Part shown: positions 1 through 10,195 of the stretch, in pieces
Layout of the letters: each line of letters starts with the position of its first letter
Numbering within the stretch: the first letter of the stretch is position 1
DNA from: Bugula neritina
Taxonomy: Eukaryota > Animalia > Bryozoa
Assembly: GCA_964035545.1 (NCBI GenBank)
Contig: OZ037770.1
Span: 4,310,662 to 4,374,661, forward strand
Direction: 5' to 3'
Length of the DNA: 64,000 bases
The notes under the pieces: model-generated
Databases searched by the model: none
Seen by the model: only the letters and a program-made list of their open reading frames with translations
Told to the model about the DNA's origin: nothing
Made by a program: the position numbers and the translations under genes

Positions 1-1105
1 TTAAACTAGTCATTATATTTACTTGCAGGATTTAAAATGCACAGTTTAGCAATAATATAAGTTTTTTTCCAATGAATTAAAACACTTAAATTATTGGTGT
101 AGAGAAATTGCAAGTTATGCTGCTTATGATAACATAATGTTTTTACATGACCTAATCTCATAGCTTTAAAATGTTGTAAAAAATTTTTTATGAAAGTACT
201 GGACTCCATCAGTTATAGAGGGTGGCTGCGGATTGCAGAGATCCCAGCAGACAATAGGACTTTCAAGAAATGCTAGCTGAAGGCTTTACCCAATACTTTA
301 CCATTCAAACAGAGTGTAATGGGTGTGGACATGCATTACGTAATGTTGTAACTATGCGTAGTAATCTGGCTGTATGAGACAAGGCTTTGAATAAGTTCAT
401 GAATTTAAGCAAATACTTATGACAAACAACTATTGTTTTACTTATTAGCTGGTTTAAACCCATGTAACTATAACTACATTAATTTTAATGAATTTTGTGT
501 TTGAGTGAAGTTAGCAACTGGTATAAAACCATTCTAACTTTAAACACTGAAGTAATATCAGGCAATAACTAGAAATGTGGTGGTCACTTTTGATAGACTT
601 TAAAATGACTAAGAAAAATATAAATGAAACTAATTTACTCCTCCTAAAAGAATTGCAACCAAAAAAAGTTTATTCTTTACTGAGTATAGGATTGTCGCAC
701 ATTAAATTATAACCTTAACTACATAAGTCAGGACAGCATGTGAACTACTTTAGGTGATAGATGAATACTCTATATAAAACATATTTTCTGAATATGTAAA
801 CTGCTAACCTCTACAGATAAATAATAAATGCATATGGTTTAACTACTAATGTTTTATGAATGAATTTCAGAGTTTAGGGGAAAGAACCATAATGGGACAG
901 GTGCATAAGCGATATTGGCAGCAGTGATGGTTGATTCAATCTTTTTAGTAGTTCCCATGGCTTACATGCCATAAAATTCTTACTGAATAGCCTATTTACC
1001 ATTGTGAACAAATGATTCGTAAACAGAAAGTCGGTATAATACTACCCTGTAATTTACACCTTGTAAATGTAGACAGAGTGTACACTATTTACGCAATGAG
1101 ATGTA

Positions 1106-1531
1106 AGTATTAGAAGACCATTCAAAAACCCAGCCAATCAGAGTTCTGTACCAAAATCCGGTGGCTTATTACCAGCTGGAATATTAGGGAACAATAGTCA
1201 TTCATACTAGTATAATAGAGAACAAATAAAGCTAAGAGATATGTAACAACTGGCTTCAAGCTGCAAAATTGTACCAAGTCATTTTTGCAGACATACAATT
1301 TTTAATTGCATTTTATAAACACTTAATTTAGATGTTTTGAAAAATACATCAGAGTGTCATAAACTTAAGATATGAAATAAAGTAATACACTTGAAAAAAG
1401 TTGCACAACTTCTTTCTAGAAGCATGCATGTTGCAACTGAACTTGCAGAATTTTATTTAAGTTATAACGGTGGGGTATTGACCTAGTACACTTTGCAGAT
1501 TGGCTGAGTTTTACATGGTCTATTACGATAC
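1106..1531. mobile_element. Degenerate MITE-like element with ~45-bp imperfect inverted ends
   Basis: GACCATTCAAAAACCCAGCCAATCAG near 1117 versus CAGATTGGCTGAGTTTTACATGGTC near 1496; boundaries approximate. Confidence 0.4.
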
Positions 1532-1675
1532 CATGAATACATTATTTACTCAGCTGGGTGGCTATACAATTATGCCAAAATGAAAAGCCTTTGGTTACTA
1601 ATGCCGGAGAAGTTGAACAATATTATTGAAGACCACATAATATAATATCGTGCTTTGTTGTTACAAAGTGAATGA

Positions 1676-1966
<291 letters not shown>

Positions 1967-2123
1967 AATTTTATTAAAGATAGAGTAGTTTTTATTTTTT
2001 AAATAAAAACGATTTTTTTTATATTTTTTTATTAATTTTTTTTTTGGAAAAATATTTTTGAAAACTTTTTTTATTTTTAAAAAGAAAAATATTTTTTTAA
2101 AAGAAAAGCGTTAAAACGAATAT

Positions 2124-3020
2124 TTAAACGTTATAACTTGAAAATACTGGTAGAGATTCACTAGATTCTACTATATCTCCATCACTCGTTGATAATACTA
2201 ATTTATTACCCGTTGCCCCCTGTAATTTAGGAATAGCGTGATTATTTATATTATTTATTGTAATAATATCGGTAATATTTATATCGGTTTCTACGATATT
2301 ACCATTACTCGAAAGCATTAATAATTTATTTCCAATTGACGGTTGTATTTTATTCATAGCAAAATTATTTATATTACTAGTCGTAACAACATCGCTAACG
2401 CTTAAGCTACTATCTACGATATTACCCGAAGTAGTTGAAACGGTTAATTTTTCATTCGCGGGTTGTATTTTATTTATAGCGAAATTATTTATATTATTAG
2501 TCGTAATGACATCGCTAACGCTTAAATTACTATCAATAATATTACCCGTATTAGTTGATACGGTTAATTTTTCAGTTGGGTCTCGTATAAGAGGTACGGC
2601 GTAATTAGATACATTAGTTTTTGTAACGACATCATTAACTTTTAAATTACTATCTATAACGCGTCCATCATCAGTTGATATAGTTAATTGGTTAATAGGG
2701 TTTTGTATAAGAGGTACTGCGTAATTAAATACATTAGTTTTTGTAACAACATTATCAACTTTTAAATTACTATCTATAACGCGTCCATCATCAGTTGATA
2801 TAGTTAACTGATTAATAGGGTTTTGTATTTTAGGCATACTCGTATCATCAACGTATTTTTTTGTAGCCGCGTCTTGATTGTCAGCCGGATCAATGACTCT
2901 AGATATTTTATTTTCTCCCATATCTAGCGTACCCGTAAGAGTACTACTACCGTTTATTAAAACGAATTTTTTCGTATTTATTTCCGTTTTTCCACTTCCT
3001 CCGAATTTATAAACACTCAT
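2124..3020 (-). CDS. Putative fibre/spike-like repeat protein (298 aa)
   Basis: LDMGENKISRVIDP..QDAATKKYVD motif typical of trimeric fibre/adhesin necks, followed by about six ~40-aa repeats (IQNPINQLTISTDDGRVIDSNLKV...). Confidence 0.6.
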   Translation of the reverse strand: MSVYKFGGSGKTEINTKKFVLINGSSTLTGTLDMGENKISRVIDPADNQDAATKKYVDDTSMPKIQNPINQLTISTDDGRVIDSNLKVDNVVTKTNVFNYAVPLIQNPINQLTISTDDGRVIDSNLKVNDVVTKTNVSNYAVPLIRDPTEKLTVSTNTGNIIDSNLSVSDVITTNNINNFAINKIQPANEKLTVSTTSGNIVDSSLSVSDVVTTSNINNFAMNKIQPSIGNKLLMLSSNGNIVETDINITDIITINNINNHAIPKLQGATGNKLVLSTSDGDIVESSESLPVFSSYNV

Positions 3021-3023
3021 TTA

Positions 3024-3782
3024 TTAAGGTATATAAAATTCGTCTAAGCTATGCCTATACCTTCCATTATTTTTTGAGGAAGAAAGATCTAAAGTAATAA
3101 AGCCGTGAGGTTTTTGCCATCCTTTATAACAAAAGTTTTTAAATTCGTTTAATGTTAAATCTCCGTTTATGTGATCTTGATATATATGATTTAAATTTTT
3201 TCCGTCTTGAGGAAATAAGCAAATAAAATTAGCGTTTTCTCGAATTGTGTTTCTAGGCAGCTTAAAATAATTTTGCGACAAATAAAAGCAATCGACGTTA
3301 TTGTGTCGTCCTCTTACGTAATAACTTTCGCAAGTTTTTTGTTTTTCCAACATTAAATCATCGAATATTATTAAATTTTTATTATTAGCGTCTAATTCGC
3401 TAGGGTCATAAACGTCGTTACTAGATTCTATAAATTCGGCGTCTATATTACCGTTACCCTTACTATTTTTTAAAACACGAGTTACATTTATACCCGAATT
3501 TATTATCGCGTCACTATTTTTAAAAAAATTTAAAATTTCTTCTTTAGTTAATTTACGTTCGAAAGCCTTCCTCATATTTATATATTCGGGTTGAGAAAGA
3601 CTTTTACCGTAAATCATAAGTTTATCGTAATCGAGCCAATTAGGTTGTAATAATAAATTACAAAGTAACGTAGTTTTACCGCATCCAGATTTTCCAACGA
3701 TAAGACCTCTTATGCTTTTAGGAAGTAAAGGATTATTATTACGATTAATTTCGTTTTTCCACGAAAGATTTTCTATTTCCAT
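3024..3782 (-). CDS. A32/FtsK-like genome-packaging ATPase
   Basis: Walker A GKSGCGKT, Walker B LIIFDD, RGRHNN and LSQNYF motifs. Confidence 0.93.
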   Translation of the reverse strand: MEIENLSWKNEINRNNNPLLPKSIRGLIVGKSGCGKTTLLCNLLLQPNWLDYDKLMIYGKSLSQPEYINMRKAFERKLTKEEILNFFKNSDAIINSGINVTRVLKNSKGNGNIDAEFIESSNDVYDPSELDANNKNLIIFDDLMLEKQKTCESYYVRGRHNNVDCFYLSQNYFKLPRNTIRENANFICLFPQDGKNLNHIYQDHINGDLTLNEFKNFCYKGWQKPHGFITLDLSSSKNNGRYRHSLDEFYIP

Positions 3783-3794
3783 TTATTATAATAA

Positions 3795-5159
3795 ATGTAT
3801 TGTTGTAAGTGTAAAACTAAAACGAAAACTCTTAATTACAAAAAGAGAGTAAGTAAAAATAATAGACTAATGGGTTACGGTAATTGCGGTCAATGCGGAT
3901 GTAAAAAGACTACATTCGTTGGGTCGGGTTTAGCTAATAATTTAATAAATAATTTACCCTTTGAATTGCATTATCCCGGTCATAATTTTTTAGGACCTGG
4001 TACTAAATTAAATAAGCGTCTTAATGACGACATGACTCCTAAAGAATGGAGTAAACCGGTAGATCGAGACGACGCTATAGCCATGAGACACGACGTGTGT
4101 TACGCGCTTAATAAAGATACTAAGACTAGAAACGAAATATGCGATAAAAATATGTTAGACGAACTGAAAGCTATACCTAATCCTACGCCCGCCGAACAGC
4201 GACACAGTCGTTTTGCTTCGGCAATAATAGGAGCGAAAAAGCGCTTAGGATGGGGATGGACGAACGAGTTAGCCGAAGAATTACATAAACCCGTACAAAA
4301 AAAATTTCGTAAAAGACGAGTTTGGGTATCGGGTATTGATAATATTTGGGCGGCTGACTTGGTTGATATGACTGAATTTGCTAAATTTAATAACGGTTAT
4401 AAATATTTATTAACGGTAATAGACGTGTTTTCAAAATACGGTTGGATAATACCTTTAAAAAATAAAACCGGTAAAGCGACGGCTTTAGCTTTAAAAATAA
4501 TTTTAACTCGTCGTAAACCTCAACATTTATGGGTTGACAAGGGAAAAGAGTTTTATAATAAAGACGTAAAGTCCTTAATAGACTTATATTCTACGGAAAA
4601 TGAAGAAAAGTCTAGCGTAGTAGAGAGGTGGAATAGAACAATGAAAGAGCGAATGTTTAAATATTTTTCGGCAAATAATACTTATAAATATATAGACGTA
4701 TTAAAAGATTTAGTAAAACAATATAACGAGACTAAACATTCGTCTATTGGAATGACACCAATTGAAGCTAGTGATCCTTCTAATGAAAATAAAGTACGCG
4801 TGAAATTATATCCAAACTTACCCACGCTTTCTAAACCTAAATTCGCTATAGGCGATAGAGTGCGTATACCTCGTAAGAAACGAACGTTTGAAAAAGGTTA
4901 TACAGTTAGATGGACGGAGGAGGTGTTTACTATAAGTAAAATATTATATACTAATCCAACTACTTATAAATTAACCGACTCGGGAGGAGAAGAAATTCAA
5001 GGATCTTTTTACGAACGGGAATTACAAAAGACGAAGCAAGAAATGTATAGAATAGAGCGCGTAATTAAAAAGAAAGGTAAAAAGGCTTTAGTAAAATGGT
5101 TGGGTTATTCCGATTCTCAAAACTCTTGGGTAAATTTAAACGTTTTAGAACGATTATAG
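3795..5159 (+). CDS. Retroviral-type (rve) integrase with N-terminal Zn ribbon and parvovirus-type phospholipase A2, and C-terminal chromodomain
   Basis: CCKC/CGQC; PGHNFLGPGT...DAIAMRHDVCY (PLA2); WAADLVD, WVDKGKEF, SVVERWNRT (DDE triad); YRIERVI...LVKWLGYSDSQNSWV (chromodomain). Confidence 0.93.
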   Translation: MYCCKCKTKTKTLNYKKRVSKNNRLMGYGNCGQCGCKKTTFVGSGLANNLINNLPFELHYPGHNFLGPGTKLNKRLNDDMTPKEWSKPVDRDDAIAMRHDVCYALNKDTKTRNEICDKNMLDELKAIPNPTPAEQRHSRFASAIIGAKKRLGWGWTNELAEELHKPVQKKFRKRRVWVSGIDNIWAADLVDMTEFAKFNNGYKYLLTVIDVFSKYGWIIPLKNKTGKATALALKIILTRRKPQHLWVDKGKEFYNKDVKSLIDLYSTENEEKSSVVERWNRTMKERMFKYFSANNTYKYIDVLKDLVKQYNETKHSSIGMTPIEASDPSNENKVRVKLYPNLPTLSKPKFAIGDRVRIPRKKRTFEKGYTVRWTEEVFTISKILYTNPTTYKLTDSGGEEIQGSFYERELQKTKQEMYRIERVIKKKGKKALVKWLGYSDSQNSWVNLNVLERL

Positions 5160-5160
5160 T

Positions 5161-5319
5161 GGACACAAATGTAGACACAAATGTGGATACTAGACACAAA
5201 TGTGGACACAAATGTAGATACTAGACACAAAAGTGGACACAAATGTGGACACTAGACACAAAAGTGGACACAAAAGTGGACACAAATGTAGACACTAGAC
5301 ACAAAAGTGGACACAAATT
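5161..5319 (+). repeat. Intergenic tandem array of RGACACAAAWGT 12-mers punctuated by RGAYACT 7-mers (~31-bp higher-order unit)
   Basis: Read directly from the sequence between the integrase stop and the next ORF. Confidence 0.9.
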
Positions 5320-5332
5320 TATGTTTATATAA

Positions 5333-6145
5333 ATGAGTTACTTAAAGATTCACGACCCTATAAAAAGAGATAAAACCGTACAAGATTTTATTTCTCAAAA
5401 GAATAAATTAAAAGAAAATTTTAAACGAGAACGCGAGCAAGAATTAAATGCCGCAATGGCTCAAGAAAAATATTTTGAACTCGTAATTGCTTCTCAAGCT
5501 CAAACGACTGACGCGTTAAAACAATTGCTTACATTACCCAATTATAATGTTCAACCGGCTATAACGGATGGAGTTATAAATTTAGACGAATTTACACAAA
5601 ACGCTTTAGCTGGCTTAGAACTCGGCGCTTATAACGTAAAGTGGGATGGTAATAGACACGTTATTGGTACAAAACCTATAAGCTTTAACGATGGTAAAAT
5701 AATTTTTGATAACGAAGAATATCCGGCGACTAGAGGACTTTTAAGTCTTTTAACGCGTAAAACGCCTATAGGATACGATGATAATGATTTAGCGAATTAC
5801 GCTAATATACTCGATAATAGCGGCGCTATATATCAAAGTAAACACGGTCCTATAGATAAAAATAGTGACAAGTGGAGACGTATTGTTAGACCTATTTGGG
5901 AACAATTATATCCTCAGAGAGCGAAACTCGCCGATAGTAAAAAAGCTAAAAGACAAGTCGGTGATGGAGTAGTATATTTATCGTCTGATCCTAACGCTTT
6001 AGTAGAACGACTCGAACTTTTAATTTCTAGCGCTAAAGCCGGAAATACGGGAGTACGAAATGAAATTGTGTTTATATTAGACGAATTACTTAGAATGAAA
6101 ATTATTACTCGTAACGAATATAAAAACATTCTTTTATATTTATAA
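5333..6145 (+). CDS. Conserved Polinton core/structural protein (270 aa)
   Basis: N-terminal coiled coil; C-terminal DPNALVERLELL..AGN...NEI..ILDEL motif that I recognise from animal Polinton proteins. Confidence 0.7.
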   Translation: MSYLKIHDPIKRDKTVQDFISQKNKLKENFKREREQELNAAMAQEKYFELVIASQAQTTDALKQLLTLPNYNVQPAITDGVINLDEFTQNALAGLELGAYNVKWDGNRHVIGTKPISFNDGKIIFDNEEYPATRGLLSLLTRKTPIGYDDNDLANYANILDNSGAIYQSKHGPIDKNSDKWRRIVRPIWEQLYPQRAKLADSKKAKRQVGDGVVYLSSDPNALVERLELLISSAKAGNTGVRNEIVFILDELLRMKIITRNEYKNILLYL

Positions 6146-6148
6146 TAA

Positions 6149-6466
6149 ATGTACGTTTATGATAAAAGACAACGATTACAAAGACACTACGCCGGTGGTG
6201 GAATATTCGATACCATTAGGAATGTAGTAACTAAAATAGCTAGTAATTCCAGCGTAAGAGAATTAGGTAAAAAGGCTATAGCTAAAGTGGGTACCGCGGC
6301 TGGTGAAAAAATTGTTAACGCGATTAAAAAAAGAAGGCAAAAAAAGTTAAAAAAAAGAAGCTTGAATGCTAAAAGTCAAGCTATATTACAAAAACTTAAT
6401 TTAGCTAAAGATGATAGTAATATAAGCAATATTTTAGAAGGAAGCGGACAAGCTATAGCTTATTAA
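6149..6466 (+). CDS. Small basic virion core protein with amphipathic helix (105 aa)
   Basis: GGG followed by amphipathic IFDTIRNVVTKIAS, Lys/Arg-rich tract, immediately upstream of the MCP. Confidence 0.6.
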   Translation: MYVYDKRQRLQRHYAGGGIFDTIRNVVTKIASNSSVRELGKKAIAKVGTAAGEKIVNAIKKRRQKKLKKRSLNAKSQAILQKLNLAKDDSNISNILEGSGQAIAY

Positions 6467-6487
6467 GAAATTATTTTACTATAATAA

Positions 6488-7762
6488 ATGGATTCTCTAA
6501 ACATTACACAAAAAATTGTACTCGATACGAGTGTAGAGCGCGATCAAGTACACGAATACGAACCCGTAACGGGAACGAATTTAAATAATCCCGGCGAAAT
6601 TAGAATAGTTATTAATCAGCAAGATTTGTACGTTCAGCCGAGTAAAAGTTATTTAATTATTGAAGGTCGTTTAACTAAAGCCGACGGAACCGCATACGCC
6701 GACGCCGACTTAGTAACGTTAACGAATAACGGTATGGCTTATTTGTTTAAAAGTATTAGATATCAACTCGACGGACACGACTTGGAATATATAAATAATC
6801 CCGGACACGCTTCGACCATGATGGGTTTACTAACTTACCCCGACGACTACGGCAAGTCGAGAGGTCTTAACCAGTTGTGGTCAAAAGATACTACCGCAGC
6901 CGCTGCCGCCGCTAATTTAGGTTTTAACGCGCGTCAAATTTATATTATACAAAAGCCTGACCCTAAAGGTACTTTTAGTATTAAAGTGGATCTTAGACAT
7001 TTGTTTGGGTTCGCCGATGACTATGAAAAAGTTTTATATGGTATAAAACATCAATTAACGCTAGTACGCGATACTAATGATAATGCCATATTTAGAGCTA
7101 ATGGCGTTGACGCCGGTAAAATAACGTTAGATAAAGTATCGTGGTGGATGCCTCACATAACACCCGACTTCGAAATGAAACATAAGCTTTATAAAATTAT
7201 AGAGAGTAAAACGCAGCTTCCCATAATTTATAGGTCTAGGTGGTGTGATAGTATCGCGGTGCCGCAAACTACTAATTTTACGTGGCGTTTGGGTTCTAGA
7301 GGAGATACCGAAAAACCTAAATATATTATTATAGGTTTTCAAACGGGTAAGAATGAAAGTCAAACGACTAATCCGGCCGTATTCGATCACGTTAACGTTA
7401 AAAGTATATACGCGATGTTAAATAGCGAGCGGTATCCCGAAGTTGATTACGATATAGATTTTGCTAAAATGAAGTTTAGTAGAGTGTACGGAGACGCTTC
7501 TAAATTTTGTGGAGAATATTACGGTATAAACGAGCTAATCGCTTATTCAAACGTATTACCTTCGGAATATAAAGATCTTTACGCTTTGTTCGTAATAGAC
7601 GTTAGTAAGCAAAGCGAGGCTCTTAAAAGTAGCGTAGCCGATATTCAATTAAGAGTTCAGTTTAGTCAAAATGTACCGGCTAATACTCAAGCGTACGCAT
7701 TAATTCTATCGGATAAAACTATGTCTCTTAGTTCTGATGGAAATAATTTAAAAGTTATATAA
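6488..7762 (+). CDS. Major capsid protein (double jelly-roll, hexon-like)
   Basis: 424 aa, beta-rich; EYEPV..NLN..GEIRI, PSKSYLIIEG, EKPKYIIIGFQ, LNSERYP and LFVIDVSKQ motifs; position in the Polinton. Confidence 0.9.
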   Translation: MDSLNITQKIVLDTSVERDQVHEYEPVTGTNLNNPGEIRIVINQQDLYVQPSKSYLIIEGRLTKADGTAYADADLVTLTNNGMAYLFKSIRYQLDGHDLEYINNPGHASTMMGLLTYPDDYGKSRGLNQLWSKDTTAAAAAANLGFNARQIYIIQKPDPKGTFSIKVDLRHLFGFADDYEKVLYGIKHQLTLVRDTNDNAIFRANGVDAGKITLDKVSWWMPHITPDFEMKHKLYKIIESKTQLPIIYRSRWCDSIAVPQTTNFTWRLGSRGDTEKPKYIIIGFQTGKNESQTTNPAVFDHVNVKSIYAMLNSERYPEVDYDIDFAKMKFSRVYGDASKFCGEYYGINELIAYSNVLPSEYKDLYALFVIDVSKQSEALKSSVADIQLRVQFSQNVPANTQAYALILSDKTMSLSSDGNNLKVI

Positions 7763-8521
7763 ATGGATAATAGAATTTTAAGAGAAATTGCTGATAATAC
7801 GGCCTCTAAACAAACAATGACTATAGGAGTTACCGATACTAAAACGAGAATAATTACTCAACTTAATCCGCCTATAGAATTAAATAAAAATAAAAAATAT
7901 GAAATGTGTCTTATTAGTTTGGATACGTTTTATTCTTTTCCAAACATTAGTACTGATAGAAATTCCTATAGATGGTCTAAAGACGGTGGTACTACGTGGT
8001 ATTCAGTTTCGCTACCAATTGGAGTGTATGAATTAGATCAACTAGAAGAAGCTATTCAAGACGAAATAGTAAAAGAGGGGGGTAATAGAAACGGTATTAC
8101 TTTGCAAGCTAATAAAGTAACTTTTAGAATTATACTTAAATTAAAACCAAATTATCAAATAGATTTTAACGTTGAAAATTCTCTAAGAGACGTTTTAGGT
8201 TTTGACGCGGCGATATATAATCAACCTTATATCGAAGCTATAAACATAGTAAATATTTTAAATATAAACGCTATACACGTACAAGTTGATTGTATTAATG
8301 GAAGTTATATCGATGGTACTTATAAACCCGTTATTTATTCATTTTTTCCGAGCGTTAGTCCGGGATATAAAATAATAGAAAAACCTCATAATTTAATATA
8401 CTTACCCGTTCACGTTAAATATATTAAGACGTTAACCGTTACGGTAACCGATCAAAAAGGTAATTTATTAGATCTTAGCGGTGAACAACTTTCAATAAGA
8501 TTTCATTTAAGAGAAGTTTAA
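7763..8521 (+). CDS. Minor capsid protein (penton-like, single jelly-roll)
   Basis: LNPPIEL, LPIGVYEL, I.VDCINGSY, PGYKIIEKP.NLIYLPV and TDQKGNLLDLSGE...IRFHLR motifs. Confidence 0.88.
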   Translation: MDNRILREIADNTASKQTMTIGVTDTKTRIITQLNPPIELNKNKKYEMCLISLDTFYSFPNISTDRNSYRWSKDGGTTWYSVSLPIGVYELDQLEEAIQDEIVKEGGNRNGITLQANKVTFRIILKLKPNYQIDFNVENSLRDVLGFDAAIYNQPYIEAINIVNILNINAIHVQVDCINGSYIDGTYKPVIYSFFPSVSPGYKIIEKPHNLIYLPVHVKYIKTLTVTVTDQKGNLLDLSGEQLSIRFHLREV

Positions 8522-8533
8522 CGTATTATATAA

Positions 8534-9103
8534 ATGGGTTATTGCGAAATTATAGGAAATGTGCCACAGGCGCAAAAACAAAAAATAATGAACGCTTATA
8601 GAAGCGGTAAGGGTTGCGTTATTAAATTGCCTCTCGAAAGCGGAAATGATAAACTAGTCGTTACGAAAACGCAAAATGATAATATTTTAAAAGCGTTAAA
8701 CGCGAATAAAAAAAATATAACGCTCGAAATGTCTCCGTCATTAGTAAAAACTAACGCGTCAATGAGCGGAGGATTTTTAGGAGCTCTATTAGGTATAGCT
8801 ACGAGAGTAATACCTACGCTATTAAAAACTATTATACCGGGTGTACTTTCAGGAGCTGCTAGCGCCGGAGTTGAAAAAGCTATTAAAGGTAAAGGTCTTT
8901 ATTTGAAAAGAGGCGGATGCGTATGTTCCGTAGAACCTAATTCAAACGGTTCTATTACTTTAAAACCAGTCGCGTCGTCTAATTTAATGAAGGGTAATGG
9001 TTTATATTTAAAACAAGGTTCCGGTTATATAAAAGGCGAAGGTTTAATTTTAGGTCCAAATAGTCCGTTTAAAAACATTCCTCTTTTAGGCATGCTATTA
9101 TAG
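8534..9103 (+). CDS. Virion core precursor with several adenain-type cleavage sites (189 aa)
   Basis: MSGG-FLGALL hydrophobic helix; IKGKG, MKGNG and IKGEG; C-terminal GLILGPNSPFKNIPLLG. Confidence 0.65.
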   Translation: MGYCEIIGNVPQAQKQKIMNAYRSGKGCVIKLPLESGNDKLVVTKTQNDNILKALNANKKNITLEMSPSLVKTNASMSGGFLGALLGIATRVIPTLLKTIIPGVLSGAASAGVEKAIKGKGLYLKRGGCVCSVEPNSNGSITLKPVASSNLMKGNGLYLKQGSGYIKGEGLILGPNSPFKNIPLLGMLL

Positions 9104-9122
9104 TTTAAGAAAACATATATAA

Positions 9123-9515
9123 ATGTCAACAGTAATTACTTATAAAAGCCTCGATGGCACCCCAATTAACGAAACGATATATAAAAACAATGATTGTGAA
9201 AAACGAGTATACGAAGGCGGTAATATTAAAGAAAGAATTATATATAAAAAATTTAATATATTAAACGAAATGACTAATCCGTCTAACGAATGCGGATTAC
9301 TCGAAGAAATTACTTATAATAATAAAAAAGAAATTATTTATAAAGAAAATGACGGAAAATTAAAAATAAAAACTATTTACAAAAGTAAAGAAATAATTCA
9401 AGAACTTAACGTAGGTTTAATGAATTATGCAGCGGCTAGAATACCATTATTCTTTACTAAACTAAAATACGCCGAAGACGAAATAGAAAAAAGACGAAAT
9501 GACGCTTTACATTAA
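9123..9515 (+). CDS. Hypothetical protein (130 aa) with repeated (E/T)IIYK-like beta motifs
   Basis: Open ORF with a TAAATG start like the other Polinton genes; no recognisable family. Confidence 0.6.
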   Translation: MSTVITYKSLDGTPINETIYKNNDCEKRVYEGGNIKERIIYKKFNILNEMTNPSNECGLLEEITYNNKKEIIYKENDGKLKIKTIYKSKEIIQELNVGLMNYAAARIPLFFTKLKYAEDEIEKRRNDALH

Positions 9516-9549
9516 AATAAAATATATTATAGTTAAAGAAAACATATAT

Positions 9550-9629
9550 AAATGTGTGTATAATACGGCACACGTAATTCGCTCTTAGGACCGATTATTA
9601 CGCGCTATTAGCAGCCTATACGGATATTT
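9550..9629 (+). ncRNA. Candidate structured ncRNA, copy A
   Basis: Paralogous to 10401-10478, with compensatory changes in three helices; starts at TAAATG; reading frame is only MCV*. Confidence 0.6.
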
Positions 9630-9673
9630 TTGTATTGAACTCCCTTTTTTAATTAATTGTAAAATGCAATTAA

Positions 9674-10153
9674 TTAACAAACGTTGTTACGAGCGACTAT
9701 TATGTCGCTTTTTTTATTCGATATTACGCTATTAATATCTTTATATTTTTCGGTTATAGCGTCGTACTCTTGTTCGTCTATATGAGCGTCGCTTAAAAAA
9801 TTTGATAACATAGAATTAATTTCTAATTTAGAATTTTTTATAAACGTAAAAACGTCTAAATACATTAATGTAGATTTAATTAATTTAGCGTCTTGAGAAG
9901 AAATAGAAGTAGTAATTACACTCATTATACTTACTATTATAGATAATGGTAACAACGTTTGTTTAGTAACGTTAGCGTTTAATAACGCCGTAATAATGAC
10001 ACCGCATATTAAATTCGTTATACCGCATAATCCCGAAATTATTTTTAACAATTTTGATAACCAATTAAAACGATTAAGTTTTTGCTCGTATTCGTTTTCT
10101 AATTTAATAATTTCATCGTTTAAGAGTTCTAATTTTTCTCGTCGAAAGTCCAT
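9674..10153 (-). CDS. Two-TM-helix membrane protein with coiled coils (159 aa)
   Basis: Two hydrophobic segments (IISGLCGITNLICGVIITALL; LLPLSIIVSIMSVITT); TAAATG start. Confidence 0.7.
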   Translation of the reverse strand: MDFRREKLELLNDEIIKLENEYEQKLNRFNWLSKLLKIISGLCGITNLICGVIITALLNANVTKQTLLPLSIIVSIMSVITTSISSQDAKLIKSTLMYLDVFTFIKNSKLEINSMLSNFLSDAHIDEQEYDAITEKYKDINSVISNKKSDIIVARNNVC

Positions 10154-10195
10154 TTATATAAAAAAATGATTTTTATTATTATATTATTTTATAAT

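Noticed and set aside
5161-5319. Possible CRISPR-like array
   Set aside because: No unique spacers and no cas genes; it is a plain tandem array in a eukaryotic context.
9550-9629. Twister or hammerhead assignment for the structured elements (minus strand has CGGUCCUAAG)
   Set aside because: The remaining conserved core nucleotides and pseudoknots are missing, copy B changes this loop, and G-U pairs favour the plus strand.
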